From contig CAZBAG010000002.1 in NCBI GenBank assembly GCA_964490365.1, positions 6,411-70,410 on the forward strand: DNA of 64,000 bases, in the 5' to 3' direction. How positions within the stretch are numbered: position 1 is the stretch's first letter; each line of letters begins with the position of its first letter. Below are positions 1 through 9,970 of the stretch, piece after piece. A model generated the notes under the pieces. It made no database searches, had not been told where the DNA came from, and worked only from the letters and a program-made list of their open reading frames with translations. Made by a program: the position numbers and the translations under genes. This stretch comes from an uncultured Candidatus Saccharibacteria bacterium (GTDB taxonomy: Bacteria > Patescibacteriota > Minisyncoccia > Phycocordibacterales > CSBR16-119).

Positions 1-777
1 CTGGCGCTTATCTTACCAATGATTGGTCCGTAGCCATCTGACGTGAAGGTAAAGCAAAACCCTCCTTGAAAAGGAACAGCATCAACGAAAAATTCGTTTT
101 GCCCGTACCCATAGAAGAAGTGGTTCAGAAGAACACCGTCACTCAGTCGGTAAACCGACAGAGAAACATCCCGTCCATTACTTATACCTGTCCCAAACAC
201 GTAGATCGAGTCTCCTTGTATAAAGACTTTCTCTGCATATCTCGAACTGCCAGATCCTTCGAGTTTACTCACCCAGAGCACATTCCCGCTAGAAGAAATC
301 TTCATGGTGAACTCTCTTCGTGTAGTTGCATTCCAGTAATTAATATTGCCGACGGCAACAATGTTACCGAAAGTGTCAATATCAACATCTTGAAACACAA
401 GAATCGAGTCAGTAATCCCAAACGATCGTGTCCACAAAACTGTTCCGAATGGATCAAGTTTTGCGACAAGGGCATTCGTGTTACTCGAGGAGCCAACGGC
501 AACAATTTCACCGCCACCGGTTTTTACAGAAGCATTGAAACGTGACCCTAGGTCAAAGAGTTTTGACCAGAGCGTTGTGCCAACAGGAGTAGTCCTCTCG
601 ATATAGGCTTGCTCTTGAACTCCCCCTTTCCAGCCAACATGTATGAAGTCTCCTCCAACTTCTTCAAGCGATTCGACAATGAGAGACTCAGTCGAAATCG
701 CCGGATCTAAGGTGATCTGCTGACCAAAGGCGTGAAGCGATATAGTCAGAACGACGAAAACGATTAGGTTTCTCATG
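1..777 (-). CDS. Secreted repeat-containing protein, truncated at window edge (C-terminus lies beyond position 1)
   Basis: Reverse-strand translation from ATG (RC of 775-777) gives MRNLIVFVVLTISLHAFGQQ..., a signal-peptide-like start. The body has recurring G-x-IVAVG-type beta-propeller-like repeats. The ORF runs off the window so it is absent from the supplied track. The forward ORF 66..545 is antisense to it. Confidence 0.5.
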
Positions 778-966
778 GGTTTGTTGGTTTTATGTGTGTA
801 CCCGCATACGCGGGTGGTTGTAAATGACAATGTACGGTCTTCTAATATTTATACCATTTTTAGACTAAAAAGTCAAGCATTTCCACATATTCTTTCAAAT
901 AGCCATATTCCCTTGCTTTCTTCTTATTTATATGGTATTATGTAATTAAATAAACACCATCAAACG

Positions 967-2145
967 ATGAAAAAGCTCATGCTTCTCTTTGCTTTGATGG
1001 TCGCCACAGGCACCTTCAAAGCTTATGCTCAGATAGTTGAATACCGCTTTGATGCCACCTGCAATTACACAGCGTGCACAACAGATAACTGTCATGGAAG
1101 GGGTACAGCATTACCCTTTTCATTTAACTCTGGTGTTCTTGCCTCTGCTAGCGCCTTTAATCTTGGACCAGGACTTACTTCTAGCAGTACAACATGTGGG
1201 GGATCACCTATGAATGGATATGCCGCTGGTGACACTGGTCCTCCTGCTCCTATTGTTGGTAGTGGCAGAAGAGCGAGATGGGCAAACAATTGGCTAGTAG
1301 CGCCTCTTGCTGTAAACCCTAGCTCAGATTACTTTACTTTTACACTCACCACACTTCCGTTTCTGAATGTTCAGATAACAGAAATTAGATGGAGAGAACG
1401 AAAAAGTTCACAAGGACCAACGCTGCGCCAACTCAGAACCAGCACAGATGGTTTTGTAACTTCAACAATCTTTGCTGTTGCAAGTAATACAGACACCACA
1501 ACCTGGGTTACGAGAAATGTAACAACTGGATTACCCGTCTTTACGTCTTCAATTGAAATACGTATTTATGGATATTCAGCGACCAGCACAAATGGAACGT
1601 TACGAATAGACAATGTAGTTGTCTTCGCAACACCACTCAACCTCCCTATCGAACTTCTCTCTTTCAACGGAGAAAAAGTTGGCGAGGATGTGAACCTTCA
1701 CTGGTCAACAGCAACTGAGCAAAACAACGAACGCTTTACACTCTATCGATCGCCCGACGCGATGTCGTGGCAAGAGATCGGAAGGGTTCCTGGAGCGGGC
1801 ACCAGTCAAATTCGGATCGACTATCAGTTTGTAGATGGGTCACCACATGTTGGGACAAACTACTACTGTCTTCGTCAGACCGATTTTGACGGAACCTTTG
1901 TTGATTCAGAGGTCATCGCTGTTGATGTGGATGTTGGTAACTCATTTGTTGCCTTCCCTAACCCCATCCAACGCGGTGAACCAGTACAAACCTCCAAGAA
2001 AATCGACTTCATATTCGACGGACTTGGAAAACTGGTACCCTTTGATCCAACGAGCATCGTCATCGAAATCCCCGGAGTCTACACTCTAGTGCATCTCGAT
2101 GAAAACGGTTTCTCGGCTACTAGCCGACTTATCGTCAACCCCTAG
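967..2145 (+). CDS. Secreted protein with T9SS-type (Por secretion) C-terminal sorting domain
   Basis: N-terminal signal peptide MKKLMLLFALMVATGTFKAYAQ. The C-terminal ~70 aa (VAFPNPIQRGEPV...DGLGKLV...PGVYTLVHLDENGFSATSRLIV) fit the T9SS CTD pattern. GC is higher than the window average. Confidence 0.6.
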   Translation: MKKLMLLFALMVATGTFKAYAQIVEYRFDATCNYTACTTDNCHGRGTALPFSFNSGVLASASAFNLGPGLTSSSTTCGGSPMNGYAAGDTGPPAPIVGSGRRARWANNWLVAPLAVNPSSDYFTFTLTTLPFLNVQITEIRWRERKSSQGPTLRQLRTSTDGFVTSTIFAVASNTDTTTWVTRNVTTGLPVFTSSIEIRIYGYSATSTNGTLRIDNVVVFATPLNLPIELLSFNGEKVGEDVNLHWSTATEQNNERFTLYRSPDAMSWQEIGRVPGAGTSQIRIDYQFVDGSPHVGTNYYCLRQTDFDGTFVDSEVIAVDVDVGNSFVAFPNPIQRGEPVQTSKKIDFIFDGLGKLVPFDPTSIVIEIPGVYTLVHLDENGFSATSRLIVNP

Positions 2146-2160
2146 CCTCTAAAGACTAGA

Positions 2161-2194
2161 AGACCTTCGCCCTTGGGCGAAGGTCTTTCTTTTT
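2161..2194 (+). terminator. Rho-independent terminator (agaccttcgccc-ttg-ggcgaaggtct followed by T tract)
   Basis: Perfect 11-bp stem with a 3-nt loop followed by tttcttttt, directly after the stop of the 967..2145 gene. Confidence 0.65.
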
Positions 2195-2280
2195 ATATGT
2201 TGTCAAGAGAATAGTTGACAAATATTATTTTTGTGATATTATTCGCGTAAATAAACCCTGCCCTTTCCAAACCAAAAACC

Positions 2281-3975
2281 ATGAAAAAAGTACTGACGTT
2301 CATCTTCTTGATGATGACTTGCCTTGTGCATGCACAAGACCAGATCAACTGGGTTCCTTTCGAGTGTAACGACGGAAGTTCAACGAGATATGTCTCGCTT
2401 GATAATCGCAAGACGCTGTTCAAAGTGCATGCATCGTGGCCCGAAAATGAAACACGGCCAGTGGTGAAATGGATCAATAACAGCTACCCTGTTTCGATGG
2501 GAGATATGGCTGGTGGAGAATACTTCATCACACTAGAACATCCTGACGAGTGGATGAATCCCATCATTGGATATCAAAGCATCTACATCGTGAGTTTAGA
2601 AGTTCAAACAGGCATCTATCTTCGTTCCGAGGATTGTGATGTTCGCACTGAGCCAACACCTGTTGTTCAGACAACGATGAGTACCACTTCTTCTGAAGAT
2701 GGATCGTTACTCACGATAACTGGCATCTCACATACATCAGATATGACAGCGAGTGATGAAGATGGTTGGGGTGGACTCGGTATTCCGTGTGCATTCCATG
2801 AGATCTCTATCATCACTGATGTAGTCTCGGGAAACACGCTCGTATTCTCTGACACCACCATCTGCGTACCAGGTGTACCAACGGAGTTCTCTACTGAGTT
2901 TCTCTATGAGGGTCCGTTCGCAGAATTGTGCGCACGAAGCCGAATGGAAAAACGGAGCTTGAGTAATCCGCCCACGTTCCCGACACAAGTAATAGCCTCT
3001 GGTAATGAAGTGTGTCAGTTTGCGGGACAGATTGTGCCAAGTGTTCAGTTACTTTTTGACTGTGAAGACGACTTTGTCGGTCGTCCACCAACCACAGGAG
3101 GAAGAGAATTCTTGGTTCGATTCAACATCAACTGGCCAGGAGATGAGGAAGAAAAACTCATCTACTACAACGTACCTAATCATCAAACAGGCTGGGCGGA
3201 TCGCATCAGTAGTGGACAATTTGTTCACCGTGGTGAAAACTACATTGTGATACAGCACGATGATATACAGCCTGTGGTCGGAAGTACGTATTGGCAAGAA
3301 TGGCACAGTCGGTTGTCGTTCTACCATGATGGAGGCTTTATCGAAAGCCAACTGTTCATACCACAAACTGAACCAGCTCCTGTTGTTTATGGGGAATGGC
3401 TTCCAGCACATGGAGACTCTGTCTTATTCTCATACGGAGAACACTCTCAATTGATGGAAACGCTCGGATGGGGATCAATACCTGATATTTGCCCCGAGTA
3501 CGAGCTCATCCTCGTAAAGAGTGTGACGAACGTTGATGGCGAACACATTTTCACAGACACAGTCTTTGTTGCTCCAGGACTACCCATGAGCGAAGAAGAT
3601 GGATTTTCGTATACGGGCGAACTAACGGAACTCTGCCTGGAGGTGAACATGCAACGTGTCCACCTCTCTAGCTCACCTCACTTTGAGCCACAGACAGTGG
3701 TGGTCGTGGATGGTGGATGTATTTCCGTAGGAAGTCCGACGACAATTACCGAAACATCCATCGACAACCAAGTTCGAGTCTTTCCCAACCCAACAACAGG
3801 TCAGGAAGTTCGAATACTTGGTACAACATCAACGTCGAAGTGGTCTGTGTTCACCACGTCAGGGAAGCTCGTCTTCTCTGGTAACGGTGAACTAATCAAT
3901 ACTTCCCCGCTTTCTTCTGGTGTTTACATTGTGAACATCGAAAGTGTTGGAGTTGTCAGACTTATTCGACAATAA
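2281..3975 (+). CDS. Secreted protein with T9SS-type C-terminal sorting domain (564 aa)
   Basis: Signal peptide MKKVLTFIFLMMTCLVHAQ. The C-terminal VRVFPNPTTGQEVRILG...SGKLVFSGNGELINTSPLSSGVYIVNIESVGVVRLIRQ is a classic Por_Secre_tail-like pattern. Confidence 0.65.
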   Translation: MKKVLTFIFLMMTCLVHAQDQINWVPFECNDGSSTRYVSLDNRKTLFKVHASWPENETRPVVKWINNSYPVSMGDMAGGEYFITLEHPDEWMNPIIGYQSIYIVSLEVQTGIYLRSEDCDVRTEPTPVVQTTMSTTSSEDGSLLTITGISHTSDMTASDEDGWGGLGIPCAFHEISIITDVVSGNTLVFSDTTICVPGVPTEFSTEFLYEGPFAELCARSRMEKRSLSNPPTFPTQVIASGNEVCQFAGQIVPSVQLLFDCEDDFVGRPPTTGGREFLVRFNINWPGDEEEKLIYYNVPNHQTGWADRISSGQFVHRGENYIVIQHDDIQPVVGSTYWQEWHSRLSFYHDGGFIESQLFIPQTEPAPVVYGEWLPAHGDSVLFSYGEHSQLMETLGWGSIPDICPEYELILVKSVTNVDGEHIFTDTVFVAPGLPMSEEDGFSYTGELTELCLEVNMQRVHLSSSPHFEPQTVVVVDGGCISVGSPTTITETSIDNQVRVFPNPTTGQEVRILGTTSTSKWSVFTTSGKLVFSGNGELINTSPLSSGVYIVNIESVGVVRLIRQ

Positions 3976-3983
3976 CAAACGAG

Positions 3984-4017
3984 AGAGCCCGGCCAAACAG
4001 CCGGGCTCTTTATTTTT
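3984..4017. terminator. Bidirectional rho-independent terminator (agagcccggc-caaaca-gccgggctct with T tract)
   Basis: 10-bp GC-rich stem followed by ttatttttg. It sits between the convergent genes 2281..3975 (+) and 4021..4881 (-). Confidence 0.6.
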
Positions 4018-4020
4018 GTC

Positions 4021-4881
4021 TTAGTTAGTTTTTGTTTTTACCTCTACTTTTGTTTCTGTTGGTTTAGTTGTCGGCTTCATTATCAGTCCATCTGATCCTA
4101 CAACTGGGTGCGGTACAACATTTACCAGATCATGGGCGTGTAATTTTTTTTCACTTGCTGAAAAGCGGTGTTTCCTTACTTCACTTTCTGTAATATTTCC
4201 ATCATCCACGTCACTGCTTCTTACATAATCTATATGACTAAGAACCATTCGTAGATTTTGTAACTCTGTAAATTGAGAAGATGTAAAATTTGCTACGAAC
4301 GAAAAGTCTCTTGTCTGACCAGCTGGAATTAAGTAGGTGCCAGTATTAAACGGTTCAGCAAAATAATTATAGATAACACTGTTTACACAATCGATACAAT
4401 TAACATTTTCAGAAGAAACCGCACCGCCAAAAATAGTGGTATCATCTGGTCGTGTTACAAATTCACCTAGACTATTTCTATACTCTGCATTAAACAAATC
4501 AAACCCTCCGAAATTAGTAAATTCCTTATACAGCTTTAAAATTCTCACATCATAGGTACATCTATTTCGTACAGAGAAATAAGAAATGAAATTAGAAAAA
4601 CGATTTATTTCACTATTTTCATTCGTGAAATAATCGATCGAATCTTCATTATATTTGTGAGACACAGTTAAACAAGTTCGACTTATGGGATTAAGGACTT
4701 GAGCATTTTGGTTGTCGCTTACCTTACCCTGAATATTTAAAATTGCACTTGTTTGAACAGCTGACCCTATAAACAAAAGAGAGAGAAGCCCCATCAGGAC
4801 TTTATTGTTTTTAATATCGAGACGTTGTAATAATTTCATATTTCCTAAACTACTAATAATATACGTATATAAGTATAGCAA
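4021..4881 (-). CDS. Secreted hypothetical protein (likely start at MKLLQRL, about 4839)
   Basis: ORF with N-terminal hydrophobic segment (LMGLLSLLFIGSAVQTSA) and a Lys/Thr-rich low-complexity C-terminus. No recognisable catalytic motifs. Confidence 0.45.
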   Translation of the reverse strand: MLYLYTYIISSLGNMKLLQRLDIKNNKVLMGLLSLLFIGSAVQTSAILNIQGKVSDNQNAQVLNPISRTCLTVSHKYNEDSIDYFTNENSEINRFSNFISYFSVRNRCTYDVRILKLYKEFTNFGGFDLFNAEYRNSLGEFVTRPDDTTIFGGAVSSENVNCIDCVNSVIYNYFAEPFNTGTYLIPAGQTRDFSFVANFTSSQFTELQNLRMVLSHIDYVRSSDVDDGNITESEVRKHRFSASEKKLHAHDLVNVVPHPVVGSDGLIMKPTTKPTETKVEVKTKTN

Positions 4882-4928
4882 CCTTCTTTATGAAGATATA
4901 CAATAAAAAGAAAGGGTTGTGGAAAACA

Positions 4929-6044
4929 CTATTGATTGAGAGCTTCAATACCAGCCAAGGTGCCAGAAGAAAGGAATTCAAGCATTGCCCCACCGCCCGT
5001 AGAGATAAATGAGATACTGTTTTCTAAATTCATTTCTTTAATCAACTTCACCGTATCTCCCCCACCAACAACAGAAAAAACTTTTGACTCTGCAATGGTT
5101 TTTAATATTTCCTTTGAAGACGTATCAAAACCTTCTTCATAAAGACCAAGTGGCCCATTCCAGAGAACTGTTTTTGAAGACCGAATCGTGTTTTTCAGGT
5201 CTTCCAAAGTTTCTGTACCCATGTCAGTAATCATGTCTGTTGGAAGTAAACTATTAGGAGCTTTTGTCGCACCAGTTTTCACTACAATATCAAACGGAAT
5301 TTTAATATTTGGTTTATCGAAAAACTTCGCCACGTTCACTGATTCATCTAACAGAGAAACACCTGTTTCAAATCCGATTTTCTTTATAAAATTGTTTGCT
5401 AACGCCCCGCCAATAAAGATATGGTCAGCAATTTTAGAAAACTTTTCGATCAAAGGAACTTTTGTTTCAAACTTTGCTCCACCAAGAATAAAAAGGAATG
5501 GTTTGTCTGGCGCATCTAGTTTTTTTAGGTTTTCTACTTCTTTTAAAAACCAAATACCCACATATGAAGGTAAGAATTTTGTTACTCCTGTAATCGATGC
5601 ATGTGATCTATGCGACACAGAAAATGCTTCATTCACATAGAGATCTGCTAAACTTGCTAAGTAGGCTGCAAATTCTTCAGTATTTTTTTCTTCACCTTCA
5701 TTACTTCTTAGGTTTTCAAGGAGAAGAATTTGTCCTTCACTCATATTTTCAGCTATTCCTAATACTTCTTCCCCGTAAAGCATTGGCACAAACGTAACTG
5801 GGATAAGTGTATTTAAATAGTCAGCCACAGGCTTTAATGATTCTTTCGGGTCGCGGCCAATATGACTAATGAGTACAATTTTTGCCCCCATTGTAGAGAG
5901 ATGCTTAATCGTATCAAGCGCTTTTTCTATTCGTGAACCTTCCGTAGGCCCAACAACACCGTCTTTACCGATAGGTACATTGAAATCAACTCGCACCAAA
6001 GCCGTTCTTCCTCGTAAGTTATTAATTTCAAGAATTGATTTCAT
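4929..6044 (-). CDS. pgk: Phosphoglycerate kinase
   Basis: The N-terminal RVDFNVP motif, FILGGAKFETK and the overall PGK architecture are present. The start codon overlaps the tpiA stop at 6044 (a conserved tpi-pgk arrangement). Confidence 0.9.
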   Translation of the reverse strand: MKSILEINNLRGRTALVRVDFNVPIGKDGVVGPTEGSRIEKALDTIKHLSTMGAKIVLISHIGRDPKESLKPVADYLNTLIPVTFVPMLYGEEVLGIAENMSEGQILLLENLRSNEGEEKNTEEFAAYLASLADLYVNEAFSVSHRSHASITGVTKFLPSYVGIWFLKEVENLKKLDAPDKPFLFILGGAKFETKVPLIEKFSKIADHIFIGGALANNFIKKIGFETGVSLLDESVNVAKFFDKPNIKIPFDIVVKTGATKAPNSLLPTDMITDMGTETLEDLKNTIRSSKTVLWNGPLGLYEEGFDTSSKEILKTIAESKVFSVVGGGDTVKLIKEMNLENSISFISTGGGAMLEFLSSGTLAGIEALNQ

Positions 6045-6820
6045 TATTTTTTTAAGAGATCTACTTTTTTAATAATGTCATTAAATTTTTTAGGATCGAG
6101 ACTCGCACGCCCAACAAGGACACCGTCAATACCTCCGTGTTTTAAAATCATTTCTATATTTTTTTCATCAACAGAGCCACCGTAAAGTATTTTTGTTGGT
6201 GGGACCGACTTTGTGTCATAAATATCACTGAGTACTTTCTTGATAAAAATACTTACTTCAAAAATTTCTTTTGCAAGAGGTTCTCGAGTTGCCCCCGTAC
6301 CAATAGCCCAGACTGGCTCATAGGCAATAACAATATCTTTGATTGATGATTTTGAAAGACCGGAGAGTGCAGCGAGAAGTTGGTCTTTTAAATTTTTTAA
6401 AAAGCCACCTGATTCATCACGCTCTTTCTCTCCAATGCAAATAATAGGGGTTATCGTGCCACGTAAACTCGCTTTTACTTTTTTATTCACCATTTCATCT
6501 GATTCACCTTGTACTCTTCGTTCTGAGTGCCCAACTATCGCGTATTTACTACCAAGATTTTTAAGTTGCAAGTAAGAAATATTTCCGGTGAAAGATCCTT
6601 CAGCCTCTTGAAATATATCTTGTGAACCCAATACGCATCGATGTCCCGATGTTTTTAGACTTTCCATATAGATATATGGCGGACAAATAACCGTGTCAGT
6701 GTTACGTGTCTTGTTTGCAACTTTTTTAATAGAAGAAAAGATTTGTTTCGCAAGCTTTCCCGAGACCGGATTCATTTTCCAGTTTCCAACAATAAGCCAT
6801 TTTTGTTTATCTTGTGCCAT
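6044..6820 (-). CDS. tpiA: Triosephosphate isomerase
   Basis: NWKMN, AYEPVWAIGTG and ILYGGSV motifs typical of TIM. Confidence 0.9.
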   Translation of the reverse strand: MAQDKQKWLIVGNWKMNPVSGKLAKQIFSSIKKVANKTRNTDTVICPPYIYMESLKTSGHRCVLGSQDIFQEAEGSFTGNISYLQLKNLGSKYAIVGHSERRVQGESDEMVNKKVKASLRGTITPIICIGEKERDESGGFLKNLKDQLLAALSGLSKSSIKDIVIAYEPVWAIGTGATREPLAKEIFEVSIFIKKVLSDIYDTKSVPPTKILYGGSVDEKNIEMILKHGGIDGVLVGRASLDPKKFNDIIKKVDLLKK

Positions 6821-6860
6821 GTCCCTAATTATATCAGATCTTGATTAGTCAGAAACAATG

Positions 6861-6892
6861 GAAAACAAAAAACACTCTTTCGAGTGTTTTTT
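6861..6892. terminator. Bidirectional terminator hairpin (aacactc-tttc-gagtgtt flanked by A and T tracts)
   Basis: 7-bp stem with a tetraloop, an A tract upstream and a T tract downstream. It lies downstream of the minus-strand 6908..9862 gene. Confidence 0.5.
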
Positions 6893-6907
6893 GTAGTAGT
6901 CATTTCA

Positions 6908-9862
6908 TTACCATGAGATTCGTACTCGTCCATCTTGTGCAGAACCTTGGTACACGTTAAGTGTAGGATCAATACATTTTCTTGGTTCACCCTTACCGAA
7001 TCCAAGAGTTATTGGCACGTTCTCACCAGCAAGATTACATGGCGACCCTCCATTATCTGGCGGCAATCCTTCTTGACCCCTGTTATAGTCAGGTCCCGCA
7101 ACGTGTCCAGTATAACCATTGGTTGGCGAACCTGGGTTACTTACCCAACCACCACCTTTTCCTGCTGCATCTGGTGCACTACTGCTTAGACCCCATCCCC
7201 CTTGAGCAAGCTGATACTGAGATCCGTAGCCACTTACCTGTGTTGTTCCACCTCTAGATCCATTGACACCCTTTGCACCAACTGTGAAAGTCCTGTTAAG
7301 GAGTATAGTTCTAGGTAGTGTCATTCTTATATATTCACCCGAACCACCGCCTTGTGTTCTAACAACTGAAGACGCTGTTGCCGGAACTGGACCAGCACCT
7401 CCTCCCGCCCCCCAAAGTTCAACAGTAAAGTTTTGTACGTCGGAAGGAATCATGTTATTGATCTGGAACTGAGTAAGTGAGTGATTTCCTGGTGTATCAA
7501 ATACTATTTCGCTTACTTGACCTCCTCCTGGTAGACCAGAAATGAGTACATAGCCGGAACCACCACAACCCCCTGTTCCACCTCTGAATTTAAACCCACC
7601 ATCAAAACTATTTGCTCTATAGTATCCACCGAACCCTCCACCTCCACCTCCACCTCCATGACCTGGTGCACCACAATATCCAGCTCTTCCAAATCGATCA
7701 GCATACGAATCTGTTCCACCAGGTGTTCCTCCTCCTCCTCGTGCACTTGTTTGATTACTCGTCAAGTTTGTTCTTAGAGTTCCATCTGAATCATATGCTT
7801 CACCCCAACCTCCGACACCTCCACAAGATTCACATGGCGCAGTGTTTATTGTTGCTCCTGCACCACCGTTAAATCCCCATGCATATGAGCCAGTTGCTAA
7901 AGCCAGGTTTCCGTGTAAACCAATAAGAGGTAGTCCACCCTGAAGCCCTTCTCGGACTGAACCACCCTTACCTCCCCCAAAACCACCCAGAACTGTTTGA
8001 CCAACCTGAGCATCAGGGTCAGCACCTGCTGGATCAAACGAAATAGATGTTGTTCCTCCTGTTTGACCTGAATAGGCGTTGTTGTTTTCTGGACTACCAT
8101 TAGTGACCACTGTCCAAGCTGCACCATATCCTCCATTTCCTCCTTGTCCGATATTCCATCCAAGAGAACTTCCTGGCTCTACGTTAACCGATTCTGTAAG
8201 ACACTTTCCTGCCTCTCCACCTCCTCCTCCACTACCGCCTGTTCCCCAGCTATCCATACCAGGGTTTTGTCCTGGTGCACCAATTCCTCCGCCACCTCCT
8301 CCTCCTCCGCCACCACAATACTTTACAGTAACTGTTCCTGTAAAATTAAATTGATGTCGCAAGTCGTTATCTTCAACAGTATACATCACGGTTCCATTTC
8401 CTGGACCACGTGGAGGTTGGTTTTCTGGATATTCACCATCATAGCTTGTTGCTGTAGGACACTTTACAACCTTCTTATCTGTTTCTATATAGCAAAGGTG
8501 TTTTACAAGCCCATCTGATACCAAGTTTATGTTTGCACCTTCTAACCCTTCAAGATATAGATGACCATTGTCACTAATTATTGTATCGTTTCCAAGCCAC
8601 GAGACACCTGCGTTAGCGAAGATTGCAAGTGAGTTTTCTGGATTTGCAAGAGTAAGTTGTCCAACATTTAGACCAGGAATCAAGTCAAATTGATTGTAGG
8701 TTAGATTTTTATTCCATTTAAATGTTCCGTCTGCGTCCACAGACATTGGAATTCTACCAACACCAGCATCTAGATACTCTGGATGTTGGGGTGGTCCTTT
8801 GAATTTAACTGAAGAAGAATTGAAAGTTACAGATTGAGGAACATAGTCATCCCCCGCAATACCGAAATCGACTGTATCTGATTGGATGTCGAGATCTTGA
8901 TCTTCTGTTGGCGAAAAGGGATTAAAAACAACATTTTGTGATCTTAAGTGTGTTTTAGTAGAAGGTGTATTTACCCCATTCATCACACCACCTGAACCTA
9001 ATGTAATCGTATTAAACCCTCGTACATTGAATGATCTACTATTTACTACAGTTTCATTTGTCCCCGTTGATAGTGGTAATTTACCAATAGCTACAATTGG
9101 AGAATTCAACATGGTCACGTTAGTATTTGTTCTTATGGTATCCATGTTTGCACCAGTATGTTCAATTTTGTTTGTAGCCTGCCATGAGTTTGTTGTGTTA
9201 TCAAACCATAGTGTTTGACCCGCAGTACCCGGAGGCAGGGCTGCCCCAGTTACAGTTGTTGGTCCAGTAGTCCAGCAGTTACAAGTTTCATCCCAGATAA
9301 GTGTGTCTCCATCATTACCGCCATTTGGCATACCTGGCCCCCACACAAGACTTCCTTGTGCATCTGCTGACTTCAAAACATATCCAGCCATAGGTTGCGC
9401 ACCTTGAACATCAGAGCCATTTGGATTTGTTGGTTTATATTTTAGTCGTCCAAAAATATTAAAATCAACACCAGCATTTTGCTGACCAACATCTACACGG
9501 TTAAGAAAAGTAGCTGGAATAAAGGATGCCATGAAGTCATTTCCTTGTCCGGCTGTATCAAAGAAGGTAAACCCTTTAAGGTTTGAACCATATTCAACAC
9601 TAAGATCAGAGCCAGCTGTAAGAGTACCTTGCACTCGAAGTGGACCTGCTTTTGTTTGTTGGTTTGGACCAATATTTACAGGAGCTGGAGTGTTAGTGCC
9701 TGTCACTGGACCACCCACCGGAGGAGTCCAGTTGTTTTCTTGAGCGAACAGAGATGTTGGTGCTATGAATACTACAACAAAAATTGCTAATAAAACCTTT
9801 GATAAAAATGCACGCATAATTATTACTAATAAATTTATAAATTGCTTCTTATATAATAACAC
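6908..9862 (-). CDS. Large glycine-rich secreted or surface protein (984 aa)
   Basis: N-terminal membrane or signal segment (VLLAIFVVVFIAPTSLFAQ) and long Gly runs (GGGGGGGGGGIGAPG, GGGGGGGGGFGG). The Gly runs are encoded by (ggtgga)n-type hexanucleotide repeats. No catalytic motifs recognised. Confidence 0.6.
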   Translation of the reverse strand: MLLYKKQFINLLVIIMRAFLSKVLLAIFVVVFIAPTSLFAQENNWTPPVGGPVTGTNTPAPVNIGPNQQTKAGPLRVQGTLTAGSDLSVEYGSNLKGFTFFDTAGQGNDFMASFIPATFLNRVDVGQQNAGVDFNIFGRLKYKPTNPNGSDVQGAQPMAGYVLKSADAQGSLVWGPGMPNGGNDGDTLIWDETCNCWTTGPTTVTGAALPPGTAGQTLWFDNTTNSWQATNKIEHTGANMDTIRTNTNVTMLNSPIVAIGKLPLSTGTNETVVNSRSFNVRGFNTITLGSGGVMNGVNTPSTKTHLRSQNVVFNPFSPTEDQDLDIQSDTVDFGIAGDDYVPQSVTFNSSSVKFKGPPQHPEYLDAGVGRIPMSVDADGTFKWNKNLTYNQFDLIPGLNVGQLTLANPENSLAIFANAGVSWLGNDTIISDNGHLYLEGLEGANINLVSDGLVKHLCYIETDKKVVKCPTATSYDGEYPENQPPRGPGNGTVMYTVEDNDLRHQFNFTGTVTVKYCGGGGGGGGGGIGAPGQNPGMDSWGTGGSGGGGGEAGKCLTESVNVEPGSSLGWNIGQGGNGGYGAAWTVVTNGSPENNNAYSGQTGGTTSISFDPAGADPDAQVGQTVLGGFGGGKGGSVREGLQGGLPLIGLHGNLALATGSYAWGFNGGAGATINTAPCESCGGVGGWGEAYDSDGTLRTNLTSNQTSARGGGGTPGGTDSYADRFGRAGYCGAPGHGGGGGGGGFGGYYRANSFDGGFKFRGGTGGCGGSGYVLISGLPGGGQVSEIVFDTPGNHSLTQFQINNMIPSDVQNFTVELWGAGGGAGPVPATASSVVRTQGGGSGEYIRMTLPRTILLNRTFTVGAKGVNGSRGGTTQVSGYGSQYQLAQGGWGLSSSAPDAAGKGGGWVSNPGSPTNGYTGHVAGPDYNRGQEGLPPDNGGSPCNLAGENVPITLGFGKGEPRKCIDPTLNVYQGSAQDGRVRISW

Positions 9863-9930
9863 TTTTGTAGTTGTAAATTGACAGCAAACATTTATAGTGT
9901 GGAAAACTTTCGCGTAACAGACTTAAGAAA

Positions 9931-9966
9931 AAATAAAAAACATCTCGCAGTGCGAGATGTTTTTTA
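9931..9966. terminator. Bidirectional terminator (catctcgca-g-tgcgagatg with flanking A and T tracts)
   Basis: 9-bp perfect stem. T tract on the plus side and A tract (T tract in minus sense) on the other, immediately 3' of the minus-strand 9971..12235 gene. Confidence 0.6.
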
Positions 9967-9970
9967 TTTT

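Noticed and set aside
66-545. Forward-strand 159-aa ORF at the start of the window
   Set aside because: It lies antisense to a much more convincing minus-strand gene (1..777) that starts with a clean signal peptide. The forward product is low-complexity with no motifs.
4936-5797. Plus-strand ORFs (68, 150 and 66 aa) overlapping pgk
   Set aside because: They are antisense to a confidently identified, highly conserved gene and have no independent signals.
7600-8330. Short direct repeats (cctcca, cctcct) considered as a possible CRISPR or other repeat array
   Set aside because: They are in-frame coding microsatellites producing poly-Gly inside a large ORF. There are no spacer-repeat periodicity and no cas genes. 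No CRISPR array is present anywhere in the window.
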